From the IMG/VR virus record IMGVR_UViG_3300031133_000383, positions 32,001 to 96,000 of that record: 64,000 nt of DNA. One strand, written 5' to 3'. Below the pieces are notes generated by a model. The model made no database searches. It saw only the letters and a list, made by a program, of their open reading frames with translations, and was not told where the DNA came from. Positions 29,795 to 38,271 of the stretch are shown here, in pieces (the first letter of the stretch is position 1; the number at the start of each line of letters is the position of its first letter). The translations under genes were made by a program, and so were the position numbers. Source of the stretch: a virus. Its lineage: Duplodnaviria > Heunggongvirae > Uroviricota > Caudoviricetes.

Positions 29795-29994
29795 TTCTTT
29801 CACCAAAAGCATTATAAAATTTATAACCCAAATGACAATAACTATAAATACTTAATATAGTGTATTTATTTATAGTTAGCATAGGCCAAAATGATTTAAA
29901 TTTACTTTTTGATAATTGATTTTTGGATGTTTTTCTGCTATAGTACAAAAACGATAGGCAATCTATCTAGTTCACTTAATATTTGGAGGAATTT

Positions 29995-30315
29995 ATGAAT
30001 AAAGCTATCCATTCTACTACTTTTGATGTCACAGATGCACTACATGAACATATCAATACCAATATCTCGAAAATTGAACAGCACAACGATAAAACAACAC
30101 ACATTGATGTTTTTCTGAAAAAAGACAATCTTAAATTTATTGCAGAATTTAAACTTTTGGTTCCTCACACCAATGGGGTTCTGGTTAGCTCTTCGAGTGA
30201 GGATATGTATCATGCCATTACAGAAGCAACCAACAAAGTACTCATTAAGTTAAAGAAACTTAAAGAAAAATCAAAAAGTAAGCTACATCAAAAAATTTTG
30301 GTAGCAGAAGAGTAA
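29995..30315 (+). CDS. hpf: ribosome hibernation promoting factor (HPF/RaiA family)
   Basis: DVTDALHEHI...KIEQH...HIDVFL...FIAE...EDMYHAI...LKKLKEK; GGAGGA RBS. Confidence 0.85.
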   Translation: MNKAIHSTTFDVTDALHEHINTNISKIEQHNDKTTHIDVFLKKDNLKFIAEFKLLVPHTNGVLVSSSSEDMYHAITEATNKVLIKLKKLKEKSKSKLHQKILVAEE

Positions 30316-30370
30316 AAGAAGAGTAAACAAAGACCAGCAAAGCTGGTCTTTAACAATAGGATGGAAATGA

Positions 30371-31027
30371 TTGAAACAAAGTAAACGAGATAGAATCAAT
30401 TTCAGTTTGAATGAAATTCATAACGATGTAATGGAATTGTTCAAAATAGATCAAGATGTTCGAGAATGTTATATTGATATTCTGGATACTTTTGAATCTG
30501 ATTATTCCTATTATGAAGATTATGCTTATCCTTATTTCATGAAAGAAAATATAGCCATGGTTAATGATTTTAATCAGCAATATAAAATTACCAATCAAGT
30601 ATTGGATAAGAATTATATTGAAGACCATAATAATGCTTACTTTATGATAAATTTTGAGGATATACGTTCTGATTGTACACATCCTTTGGTTATTTTGTTA
30701 CTAGAACATTACTCGGGTCTAGCTGATTGTCATTCCTTTAATATATTCTTGGCTTATCATCAGCCTAAATGGAATTATAGGACAGAAATAATATTAAAAG
30801 TTTTTATTAATGATCTCGACTGTAAGTGGCCTAGTCGCAATGTCAATGAATTGAATTATATCAATAATCAAGTCTATCCATCTTTTGTAGAAACGGGTTT
30901 CCATAAAGTTATCTATAATGACTTAAAATTGAGACCTTATTTTTACAAGAGATTGGACATGAATGAAGACTATATTGTGACTCATTTTGATGACGTTAAA
31001 TGGTTATTGGAAGCTATTGATTATTGA
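30371..31027 (+). CDS. hypothetical protein, family A
   Basis: ends WLLEAIDY; start codon uncertain. Confidence 0.75.
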   Translation: MKQSKRDRINFSLNEIHNDVMELFKIDQDVRECYIDILDTFESDYSYYEDYAYPYFMKENIAMVNDFNQQYKITNQVLDKNYIEDHNNAYFMINFEDIRSDCTHPLVILLLEHYSGLADCHSFNIFLAYHQPKWNYRTEIILKVFINDLDCKWPSRNVNELNYINNQVYPSFVETGFHKVIYNDLKLRPYFYKRLDMNEDYIVTHFDDVKWLLEAIDY

Positions 31028-31079
31028 GTTATTGATTAAAATAGGGTATAATAGTGCTCTCTTAACAAGGAATACTAAC

Positions 31080-32252
31080 ATGATTGAATCAATGGTCAAA
31101 AATTTTATTCAACAACATCCTCGTAAAAAATACATTATTGCATACAGTGGCGGTGTTGATAGTCAAGTACTGCTGCATGCCTTTGCAAAGGTTGTTCCTA
31201 ATCAAGTAGTTGCCTTTCATATTAATCATGGTATTTCTGAGCAAGCCGATGCTTGGACAGACTTTTGTTTTCTGAACGCTTGCCTTTTGGGCGTAAAATT
31301 TGAAGTCAAAAAGTTTTCACTTAAAGGAATCAGTAACCTTGAAGATGTTGCTCGACAAGCTCGTTATGGAGAATTTCTTAAAGTAATGAATAATGATACA
31401 GCATTGGTGACAGGCCATCATATGGATGATCAGGTAGAAACTTTTATGCTCAACTTGATGCGTGGAGCAGGTCTTGACGGGCTTGCTGCAATGCCAGAAA
31501 GTAAATCATTTGGTGAGGGGGTTCATCTACGTCCATTTCTTGCTATCGGCAAACAGGATCTAACCGATTATGCGGTCAAAAACAATTTGAAATGGGTAGA
31601 AGATGAAAGTAATAAAGACAGCGTTTATGACCGAAACTTTATTCGTAATGAGATCATGCCATTGATCAAGACTCGATGGGAGAATGCAAGTTCTGCTGTA
31701 TGTCAAAGTATTAATCACATTCAAAATGCAAAAAACTATATCGATGAAAAAAATGATGTAATGGATATCAATAAAGACACCCTTTCTATTACTGAACTGT
31801 TGTCCTTCAATGCTTATGAACAGACACATATTGTCCGAAAATGGGTATCAAAAAAGTTGGGTAAATCAGCATCACAAAACATGTTGAACACTATTTTTAA
31901 TGAGATTATTCCTGCACGAGAAGACGCGAAAATGAAATGGGAGCAAAAAAACTATTTTATCACTCGTTATGAAGATTCATTGTACTTTGTTAAAAAAGAA
32001 AAAAAATCATATGATATTGCAGCATTACTTAAATCAGCTAATATTGATCTATCTGTTGATGATGTAACTGTCAATGAAAGAGTGAACGGGGCAGTCATTA
32101 AAATGGGCGAGCATCATAAAAAAGTTAAAAAACTATTTAATGAAATGCATATTCCTACATGGGAACGTGAGAACATTCCTTTTATTTATCATGGTGATGT
32201 TTTGGTTTCAGTAGGTGGTATCATCAATAACACAGATTATATCAAGAAATAA
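31080..32252 (+). CDS. tilS: tRNA(Ile)-lysidine synthetase
   Basis: AYSGGVDS PP-loop, HINHG, LEDVARQARY, TGHHMDDQVETF, RGAG, EDESN, YDRNFIR, IPTWERENIP. Confidence 0.93.
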   Translation: MIESMVKNFIQQHPRKKYIIAYSGGVDSQVLLHAFAKVVPNQVVAFHINHGISEQADAWTDFCFLNACLLGVKFEVKKFSLKGISNLEDVARQARYGEFLKVMNNDTALVTGHHMDDQVETFMLNLMRGAGLDGLAAMPESKSFGEGVHLRPFLAIGKQDLTDYAVKNNLKWVEDESNKDSVYDRNFIRNEIMPLIKTRWENASSAVCQSINHIQNAKNYIDEKNDVMDINKDTLSITELLSFNAYEQTHIVRKWVSKKLGKSASQNMLNTIFNEIIPAREDAKMKWEQKNYFITRYEDSLYFVKKEKKSYDIAALLKSANIDLSVDDVTVNERVNGAVIKMGEHHKKVKKLFNEMHIPTWERENIPFIYHGDVLVSVGGIINNTDYIKK

Positions 32253-32277
32253 AAAAAGACCTTAAAGGTCTTTTTTA
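32251..32277. terminator. bidirectional terminator
   Basis: AAAAAAGACC-TTAAA-GGTCTTTTTT between convergent genes. Confidence 0.75.
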
Positions 32278-32801
32278 TCTTTTCGCGATAACTTATAATT
32301 GATTTCAACTTTCATTAGTTCTCTAATAACTTTTTTGTTGATGCCATCAGTAAATATAACATACAACCCATTTTCTTTGTATTTATATTTTCTTACCACT
32401 CTGGAAATGTCTTCTAAAAATTCAGGGTCAGAAGTTTCTTTTTTCATTTTTGTAATGACATTGTTGATATCTTCCTCTTTTACTGCAACATACTGTTTAA
32501 AGTTTTCGCCATATATCTTACCATAACACATGATGGTTATTTCTCGAATAATTATTGCCATTGAAATAATAAAGAAGGAAAAGCCAAATACAATTTTACA
32601 AAAGTCTATGAAACCTATATCTGATTTATAATCAGTCATTGATAACATATAACAACCAAGAATTACAAATACGGCGGTTCCTACTAGTGTATAGCGGCAG
32701 ACGATTTCTATTGCATTATAGAACTTATTAAAAAATTTATACTCAAATAAATGACGTAGATGATTATCAAGTTCTGCAAGTACTACACTTTTTGTATTCA
32801 T
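32262..32801 (-). CDS. hypothetical membrane protein (2 TM)
   Basis: GAGG RBS; two hydrophobic helices. Confidence 0.7.
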   Translation of the reverse strand: MNTKSVVLAELDNHLRHLFEYKFFNKFYNAIEIVCRYTLVGTAVFVILGCYMLSMTDYKSDIGFIDFCKIVFGFSFFIISMAIIIREITIMCYGKIYGENFKQYVAVKEEDINNVITKMKKETSDPEFLEDISRVVRKYKYKENGLYVIFTDGINKKVIRELMKVEINYKLSRKDKKDL

Positions 32802-32886
32802 AGTTGCCTCTTTTTTATTTTTTTTTCTAATGTCCACAATTATATTATGTTTTTTAGAAAATACAAGTATTTATTTTTACACTTTA

Positions 32887-33360
32887 TTATAAGCCGATTC
32901 TTGGAAAAAGACTTTTCTCTTTTATTCTCTGGTTTACAGCCTCAATTTCAGCATCAATAATAATTTTATTTTGTTCACGAACTTCTTGTGTTTTAACATT
33001 TATATTGTCAAAAGCCAATTTCATTTTTTCATTTAGGGCGATTTCCAATTGATTAATCTTTTCTACGCTTTCTGGCTTATTGGCAAATTTTGTTCTCAAT
33101 TCTTGGAATCTTTTTGCATTGTTAATGTTTTGACTTTTCATATAAATTCTATTATGAGTCAGTGTGTAATAATAAACATAATCAATTTTTTCTTTTGAAT
33201 TTTTCAATTCTTCTTTATAATTTCTTAAATCTTCCAGTGTTTGAGGTTTGATTGCAACAGCTTCGATACTTATTGTTTCAATTTTTTGACAACAGTTTTC
33301 GTCAGCAAATGAATTGACTGAAATTAGCATAATTGATGCGGCGATTATATGTTTAAGCAT
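32887..33360 (-). CDS. exported coiled-coil hypothetical protein
   Basis: signal peptide MLKHIIAASIMLISVNSFA. Confidence 0.75.
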   Translation of the reverse strand: MLKHIIAASIMLISVNSFADENCCQKIETISIEAVAIKPQTLEDLRNYKEELKNSKEKIDYVYYYTLTHNRIYMKSQNINNAKRFQELRTKFANKPESVEKINQLEIALNEKMKLAFDNINVKTQEVREQNKIIIDAEIEAVNQRIKEKSLFPRIGL

Positions 33361-33472
33361 ACCTTACCTAAAATTATTGGTTAATGATACATTATCATAG
33401 AATATGAATTTTTCAATACTTTGACTTGTTAATCGTCGCATGATACGATAAGAAAAAACAATAGGTAAACAG

Positions 33473-33715
33473 ATGTGGGATATTTTGGATGGGTACAAAT
33501 ATAGGCACCTAGCTGTAGCAGGCGTTTTTAAGCCTTCCAGTGAATATTCCACAGTCAATAAATCTGTTGCTCTTTATAAAAGAATTTCGGGCACTGTTGA
33601 TCATGTTGAACAATCAAGGCTTGATCCTGATTATTATAAATTAGTAACACCAGTTGCAAATACATTCAATGTTAATAATGAAAGAGTAGGAACTTTAATC
33701 AATACTTTCATTTAA
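33473..33715 (+). CDS. hypothetical protein
   Basis: 80 aa; AGGT RBS; TTGACT-17-TACGAT upstream. Confidence 0.6.
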   Translation: MWDILDGYKYRHLAVAGVFKPSSEYSTVNKSVALYKRISGTVDHVEQSRLDPDYYKLVTPVANTFNVNNERVGTLINTFI

Positions 33716-33865
33716 ATTGACACATTATTATAGGATGCCTAGAACATAGGTAAGTCCTTATTTTTGCTATTATTTTATATCTTTTTATATTATATTTTTT
33801 TATTTTTTTTATTGACTAATCATAAAGAAAGATTAGAATAATTATAGAGATAAGGAGATATAAGT

Positions 33866-34420
33866 GTGAGTGCCATAATTACATACAGTCATATAGACAA
33901 TAAAAAAAATATAAAAATTTCAACCTATGCAATTGGTAGTATAGATGAATTCTTAAAATTCGTATTAGCCAATAAAGAGTATATTATTTGGGCCAATCTA
34001 ACTGACATGGTTAATGGCACCGTTGTTGAACAATATGTCAATATAAAAAACTATCAGAACAGCGGAATCGATAATGCTCAGTTGTCTTTGAAAGGCAAGA
34101 ATGCCTATATTTATAAACGTGTTTATTTGATTCATAAACTTGAGTTTCAAAATATAATAGATTTTATCAAATATACAAATGAAGCTTTTTATAAAAAATT
34201 GATTGAAAAGCAGGCGTTTAAACTGATGCCATTGAATAAATTCTTTCAAAGTAAAGTTTCAGATCAGTTTTATTTGTTTCCAGCAGACATTTATGACATT
34301 ACAATGGGTGAATTTACACTTAATCTGGATATTTCTCAGTTAGCTGATTTCCAAGAAATTATTCCTGTAGCTAAAGAGATCTTTATGGATGTAGAAGATA
34401 CAACAGAAATAACAGCTTGA
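33866..34420 (+). CDS. hypothetical protein
   Basis: AAGGAG RBS; GTG start. Confidence 0.75.
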   Translation: MSAIITYSHIDNKKNIKISTYAIGSIDEFLKFVLANKEYIIWANLTDMVNGTVVEQYVNIKNYQNSGIDNAQLSLKGKNAYIYKRVYLIHKLEFQNIIDFIKYTNEAFYKKLIEKQAFKLMPLNKFFQSKVSDQFYLFPADIYDITMGEFTLNLDISQLADFQEIIPVAKEIFMDVEDTTEITA

Positions 34421-34468
34421 AGTAACTACCTTTATTTGTTATAATAGCCTCTTTTTAAAGGAGGTTTT

Positions 34469-34723
34469 ATGTCAAGTTTCTGGATAGATTATATTTCAAA
34501 TGATTCACACATACAAATGAAAGCGAAAATACACGAAATGATTAAAATTGGAATGGAAGCTGTGATGGAATATGTATTGGATAATGGCAAGATACATGTT
34601 ACTAGAAAAGTTAGGGTTGTTGGTGAGGATGAACTTTTTTATTATGTGGACACAGGGTATCTTAAAAATAATCCATTGTCCAAGGAATCAATTGTAAGTT
34701 TTGAACCATTGAATAGAAGTTGA
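34469..34723 (+). CDS. hypothetical protein
   Basis: AAGGAGG RBS. Confidence 0.75.
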   Translation: MSSFWIDYISNDSHIQMKAKIHEMIKIGMEAVMEYVLDNGKIHVTRKVRVVGEDELFYYVDTGYLKNNPLSKESIVSFEPLNRS

Positions 34724-34778
34724 ATTGATGGTTTGATATTTTTGTGCTATACTCTAAGAAAGTAAAAGAGTATATTAT

Positions 34779-35204
34779 ATGACAAAAAAAATTACAGTAT
34801 TAATTGGTTTGCCGGGGTCGGGTAAATCACATTATATCAAACAACATTTCAATTCAGAAGATTATACAATCTTGGATGACCCACGTTCTCCTAAAGATTT
34901 CCCTGATTCATTTGATAATCATTTAATTATTGCTGATTGTCATTTATGCAGGCCCGGTGTACTTGATTCTTTTTATGTATTTGCTAAAAAACGTTACCCT
35001 GATTCGCAAGTTAATCTTGTCTATTTTGAAAACAATCCAACACAATGCCTCAAAAATGTGGATTACCGAAATGATGGTCGCTTGGTAGAGCCTACCATTA
35101 AACATATGACAAAATCTTATACCATTCCAGAAGGAATAGAATCTGTTCCAGTATTTGACACGTCTACTATAAAAAACAAGAAAAAATCAAAACCTAAATT
35201 TTGA
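34779..35204 (+). CDS. P-loop kinase (AAA_33 / polynucleotide kinase-like) with basic tail
   Basis: N-terminal Walker A LIGLPGSGKS; ends KNKKKSKPKF. Confidence 0.75.
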   Translation: MTKKITVLIGLPGSGKSHYIKQHFNSEDYTILDDPRSPKDFPDSFDNHLIIADCHLCRPGVLDSFYVFAKKRYPDSQVNLVYFENNPTQCLKNVDYRNDGRLVEPTIKHMTKSYTIPEGIESVPVFDTSTIKNKKKSKPKF

Positions 35205-35255
35205 CATTGATTATAATAGCTGCTATTATTTTTAAATGTCTTTTTAGGAGCTATT

Positions 35256-35768
35256 GTGAAAAAAATTATTCGTAAAATGTCTGTATTGGTTCTATTTATA
35301 GCAATGGGATTTATTTTGTATTTCTCTCCTTATATTGCACTTCACAACTTATTTTCAGCACTTGAAAACAATAACACTGCAACCGTCAATAAATTCATCA
35401 ATTATAAAACTGTTGAAGAAAATATCTTTATTCGATATCAAAAAAATATGTTTGGAGATTTAAAAACATCAGATTTGCCAGAAGATAAGGCCGTCAAGAA
35501 AAAAATTATGGAAGATGCTATACGTTACGGTATTGATGTTTTAATTGAACCTGATAATGTTATTGTCTTGCTGAATGCACTTCGCCTTGAAAAAACACCT
35601 TCTGGTTTAAACATCGTACCCATTTATGAATACAAAGATTTCAATACGTTTTCAGTAAAATTATCATTTGATGGAAAAGAGCAAGAACTGATATTTAAAA
35701 GAACTAGCTTTATTATTTGGCAAATAAATGACATTATTTTCCCAACGGACTTTAATGCCATTGAATGA
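35256..35768 (+). CDS. DUF2939-like membrane-anchored protein
   Basis: TM helix followed by SPYIALHNLFSALENNNTATVNKFINY. Confidence 0.65.
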   Translation: MKKIIRKMSVLVLFIAMGFILYFSPYIALHNLFSALENNNTATVNKFINYKTVEENIFIRYQKNMFGDLKTSDLPEDKAVKKKIMEDAIRYGIDVLIEPDNVIVLLNALRLEKTPSGLNIVPIYEYKDFNTFSVKLSFDGKEQELIFKRTSFIIWQINDIIFPTDFNAIE

Positions 35769-35786
35769 TTAATAAAAAATGGATGG

Positions 35787-36329
35787 TCAAGCATCCATTC
35801 TGTTAATAGCAGACAATAAAGAATCAACTGCAGAACGTAAAGCATTTGAACTCTCACCAACTCCCCAATAAATGATATTACTGTTATTATCACGAATACC
35901 AATTAAAGTCAGTACTTTTGCTTCTGATGTAGCAGCATTATCGAATCCAGAATCAATGCCTGTAATGGCAGATGAACCATAGTGATAGATTTCAATCTCT
36001 TTATTCAATTCTGTCTTGATGGCTTTAAATAAAGAATCAATTGCCCCTAATCCCATATAATCGTCAAATTTTCGTTCAATTCCGTTAGAATAAAGAGACT
36101 GTTCAGGATTAACAATTAATAGGCTACCTTTAAATTTAACGCCGCCATAATTATCAATTAATTGATAGTCATTCAGAATGTATCTGGAAACACGTTTAAG
36201 GTAATTGGCCTTAATTACTTTTACTGTGCTTTTAATATCCGTTGCACCTAGTTTCTCAAGTTCTGATACAAATCCTTGTGGCAGATAAATTTGATAATGA
36301 TCTTGTAAGGCTTCTTTCAATTTAGACAT
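35787..36329 (-). CDS. stand-alone 2-isopropylmalate synthase (LeuA) C-terminal regulatory domain homologue
   Basis: GxGAIDSLFKAI, YWGVGESSNALRSAVDSLLSAINR and LQDHYQIYLP match the LeuA C-terminus; no catalytic barrel. Confidence 0.7.
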   Translation of the reverse strand: MSKLKEALQDHYQIYLPQGFVSELEKLGATDIKSTVKVIKANYLKRVSRYILNDYQLIDNYGGVKFKGSLLIVNPEQSLYSNGIERKFDDYMGLGAIDSLFKAIKTELNKEIEIYHYGSSAITGIDSGFDNAATSEAKVLTLIGIRDNNSNIIYWGVGESSNALRSAVDSLLSAINRMDA

Positions 36330-36504
36330 AATAGGCTCCTGTGTTTGATTTGATTATGATCTAGTGCGTTTATAAATGCAAGTATAATTAATAACTTTTC
36401 ATTTTATTATCACTATTATTTTTTTAATGTTACTGCTTGATAGATGTTGCGATAGTTGGAGGTTTATGCTATGATGCTCATTCATACAAACAAGAGGAAG
36501 TACT

Positions 36505-37236
36505 ATGATTAAATACCTGATGGCCCTTTGCGTTGCTTGCATTCTACCTTTGAATTCTTATGCTCGTGATGACGGATCAATTGATAGTTTTAATGAAGCA
36601 AAAAGGGTTCTCTACACTAAGGTTTATAAAGCAAACGAATCTCATAAAACTTTTTATTGTGGTTGTGAGATTAAGCGTCAAGGTAAGAAGATGGTCCCCG
36701 ATTTAGAAAGTTGTGGTTATCAAAATCGTAAGGAAAGTAACCTTTATCGTGCAGAACGTATTGAAGCTGAACATATTGTACCAGCAGCCCATATTGGATA
36801 TCAGAATAAATGCATGATTGAAAACAAATCACGCAAGGATAAAAGAGCTTACTGTGAAAAAAGTGATCCTACTTTCCGTCAAGCCTATATCGACCTTCAC
36901 AATCTTGTTCCAGCCGTTGGTGAAGTCAACCTTGATCGTAGTAATTTCAGATTTGCAGCACTCACCAAAACAGATTTTGTCTATGGTCAATGTGATATGA
37001 AAATTGATTTCAAAGCAAAAGCTGTGGAGCCACCTGCCAATGTTCGTGGTGATGTAGCACGTACTTATATGTATATGTCAGATCGGTATGATATACGCAT
37101 CAGTGATGCACAGCGTAAATTGTTTGAAGTGTGGAACAAACAAGACCCAGTAGATGAATGGGAACGTGTCAAAAACAAGCGTATTAAAGATCTGCAAGGC
37201 AACAGTAACAAATATATCGAAGACCTAGATAAATGA
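36505..37236 (+). CDS. endA: periplasmic endonuclease I (EndA/Vvn/Dns family)
   Basis: signal peptide; TFYCGC, RIEAEHIVPA, DLHNLVPAVGEVNLDRSN, YGQC, RGDVARTYMYM, DPVDEWE. Confidence 0.92.
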   Translation: MIKYLMALCVACILPLNSYARDDGSIDSFNEAKRVLYTKVYKANESHKTFYCGCEIKRQGKKMVPDLESCGYQNRKESNLYRAERIEAEHIVPAAHIGYQNKCMIENKSRKDKRAYCEKSDPTFRQAYIDLHNLVPAVGEVNLDRSNFRFAALTKTDFVYGQCDMKIDFKAKAVEPPANVRGDVARTYMYMSDRYDIRISDAQRKLFEVWNKQDPVDEWERVKNKRIKDLQGNSNKYIEDLDK

Positions 37237-37247
37237 TAGGCTATGAC

Positions 37248-37272
37248 AAAAAGCTCTTTCGAGAGCTTTTTT
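37248..37272 (+). terminator. intrinsic terminator
   Basis: AAAAGCTCT-TTCG-AGAGCTTTT. Confidence 0.75.
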
Positions 37273-37350
37273 CTTTTATGGGCAGTAATTATTGACAACG
37301 GTCATAAGTAAATGATACAATCAAATTAAATTATAGAGCAGATTTTAACT

Positions 37351-38271
37351 ATGGACTTTTCAGCATTCTCATTTGCCAGTATTCGAATGTCAATCCTTTC
37401 TGGTGCTCATTCTGTTGATGATCATCACAAATTGAAATTGGAATTAAACCCACCTAACATTATTGATTCTCTAGGAGTAAATACTTTTTGCTTTTATATC
37501 AATAAGTCTTTTGGCATCTTGAAAAATGATTACATGAAAATTGTAAAAGCACTCAAAAAGAAAAAATTAAATTTTGATGTCAATATGGATGCATTAAAAG
37601 AGCTACCCGAATTCCATATTATGAAATTTATTGGTGGTATAGAATTGATTGAATACTTCCAGAACATAAGTATGAACAATACAACAGGACGACCCCGAAT
37701 CTCAGATAATCAATTATTACGAGAATGCACTATTTCTAAACTCTCTGCTTGTAAATCCTATTATGCACAGCATCAACCCAAAATTTTCTGTTTGGATATT
37801 GAAATTCAGACCAATAATGAAAAAGCATTTGAACCTACTGAATTTGGATTTGTGTATCATGCAGACGGGCAGGATTTTTATGAGCATTATTTGATTGAAG
37901 AATTTTATCAGCTAAAGGTTGATAGTTCTTTACAGAAAAAATTTAAATTTGGTAAAACAAAACTTATTTCTTATGATGGATTTGTGAATATGATGTCTGA
38001 TTATCTTGATAAATCTGATATGTTTCTAGCTCATTCCGTTAATTCTGAAAATTACTATTTGAGTCGTACTGGTATTTCATTGCCTTATTGTGTTGATGCC
38101 GTAGTTGATACTCAGTTTTTATACAAAGACTATGACAAAACGCATATAAAACCTGTTTCATTAATTGATATGTTAACTTATTTAAAGATTCCTTTTAAAG
38201 ACCTTCATAATAGCGGTAACGATGCTGCCTATACTTGGGCCGCTTTCAAAAAAATAATGGACCTTAACTAG
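37351..38271 (+). CDS. DEDDh 3'-5' exonuclease domain protein
   Basis: C-terminal CLDIE, LAH, VDTQ, LHNSGNDAAYT. Confidence 0.75.
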   Translation: MDFSAFSFASIRMSILSGAHSVDDHHKLKLELNPPNIIDSLGVNTFCFYINKSFGILKNDYMKIVKALKKKKLNFDVNMDALKELPEFHIMKFIGGIELIEYFQNISMNNTTGRPRISDNQLLRECTISKLSACKSYYAQHQPKIFCLDIEIQTNNEKAFEPTEFGFVYHADGQDFYEHYLIEEFYQLKVDSSLQKKFKFGKTKLISYDGFVNMMSDYLDKSDMFLAHSVNSENYYLSRTGISLPYCVDAVVDTQFLYKDYDKTHIKPVSLIDMLTYLKIPFKDLHNSGNDAAYTWAAFKKIMDLN

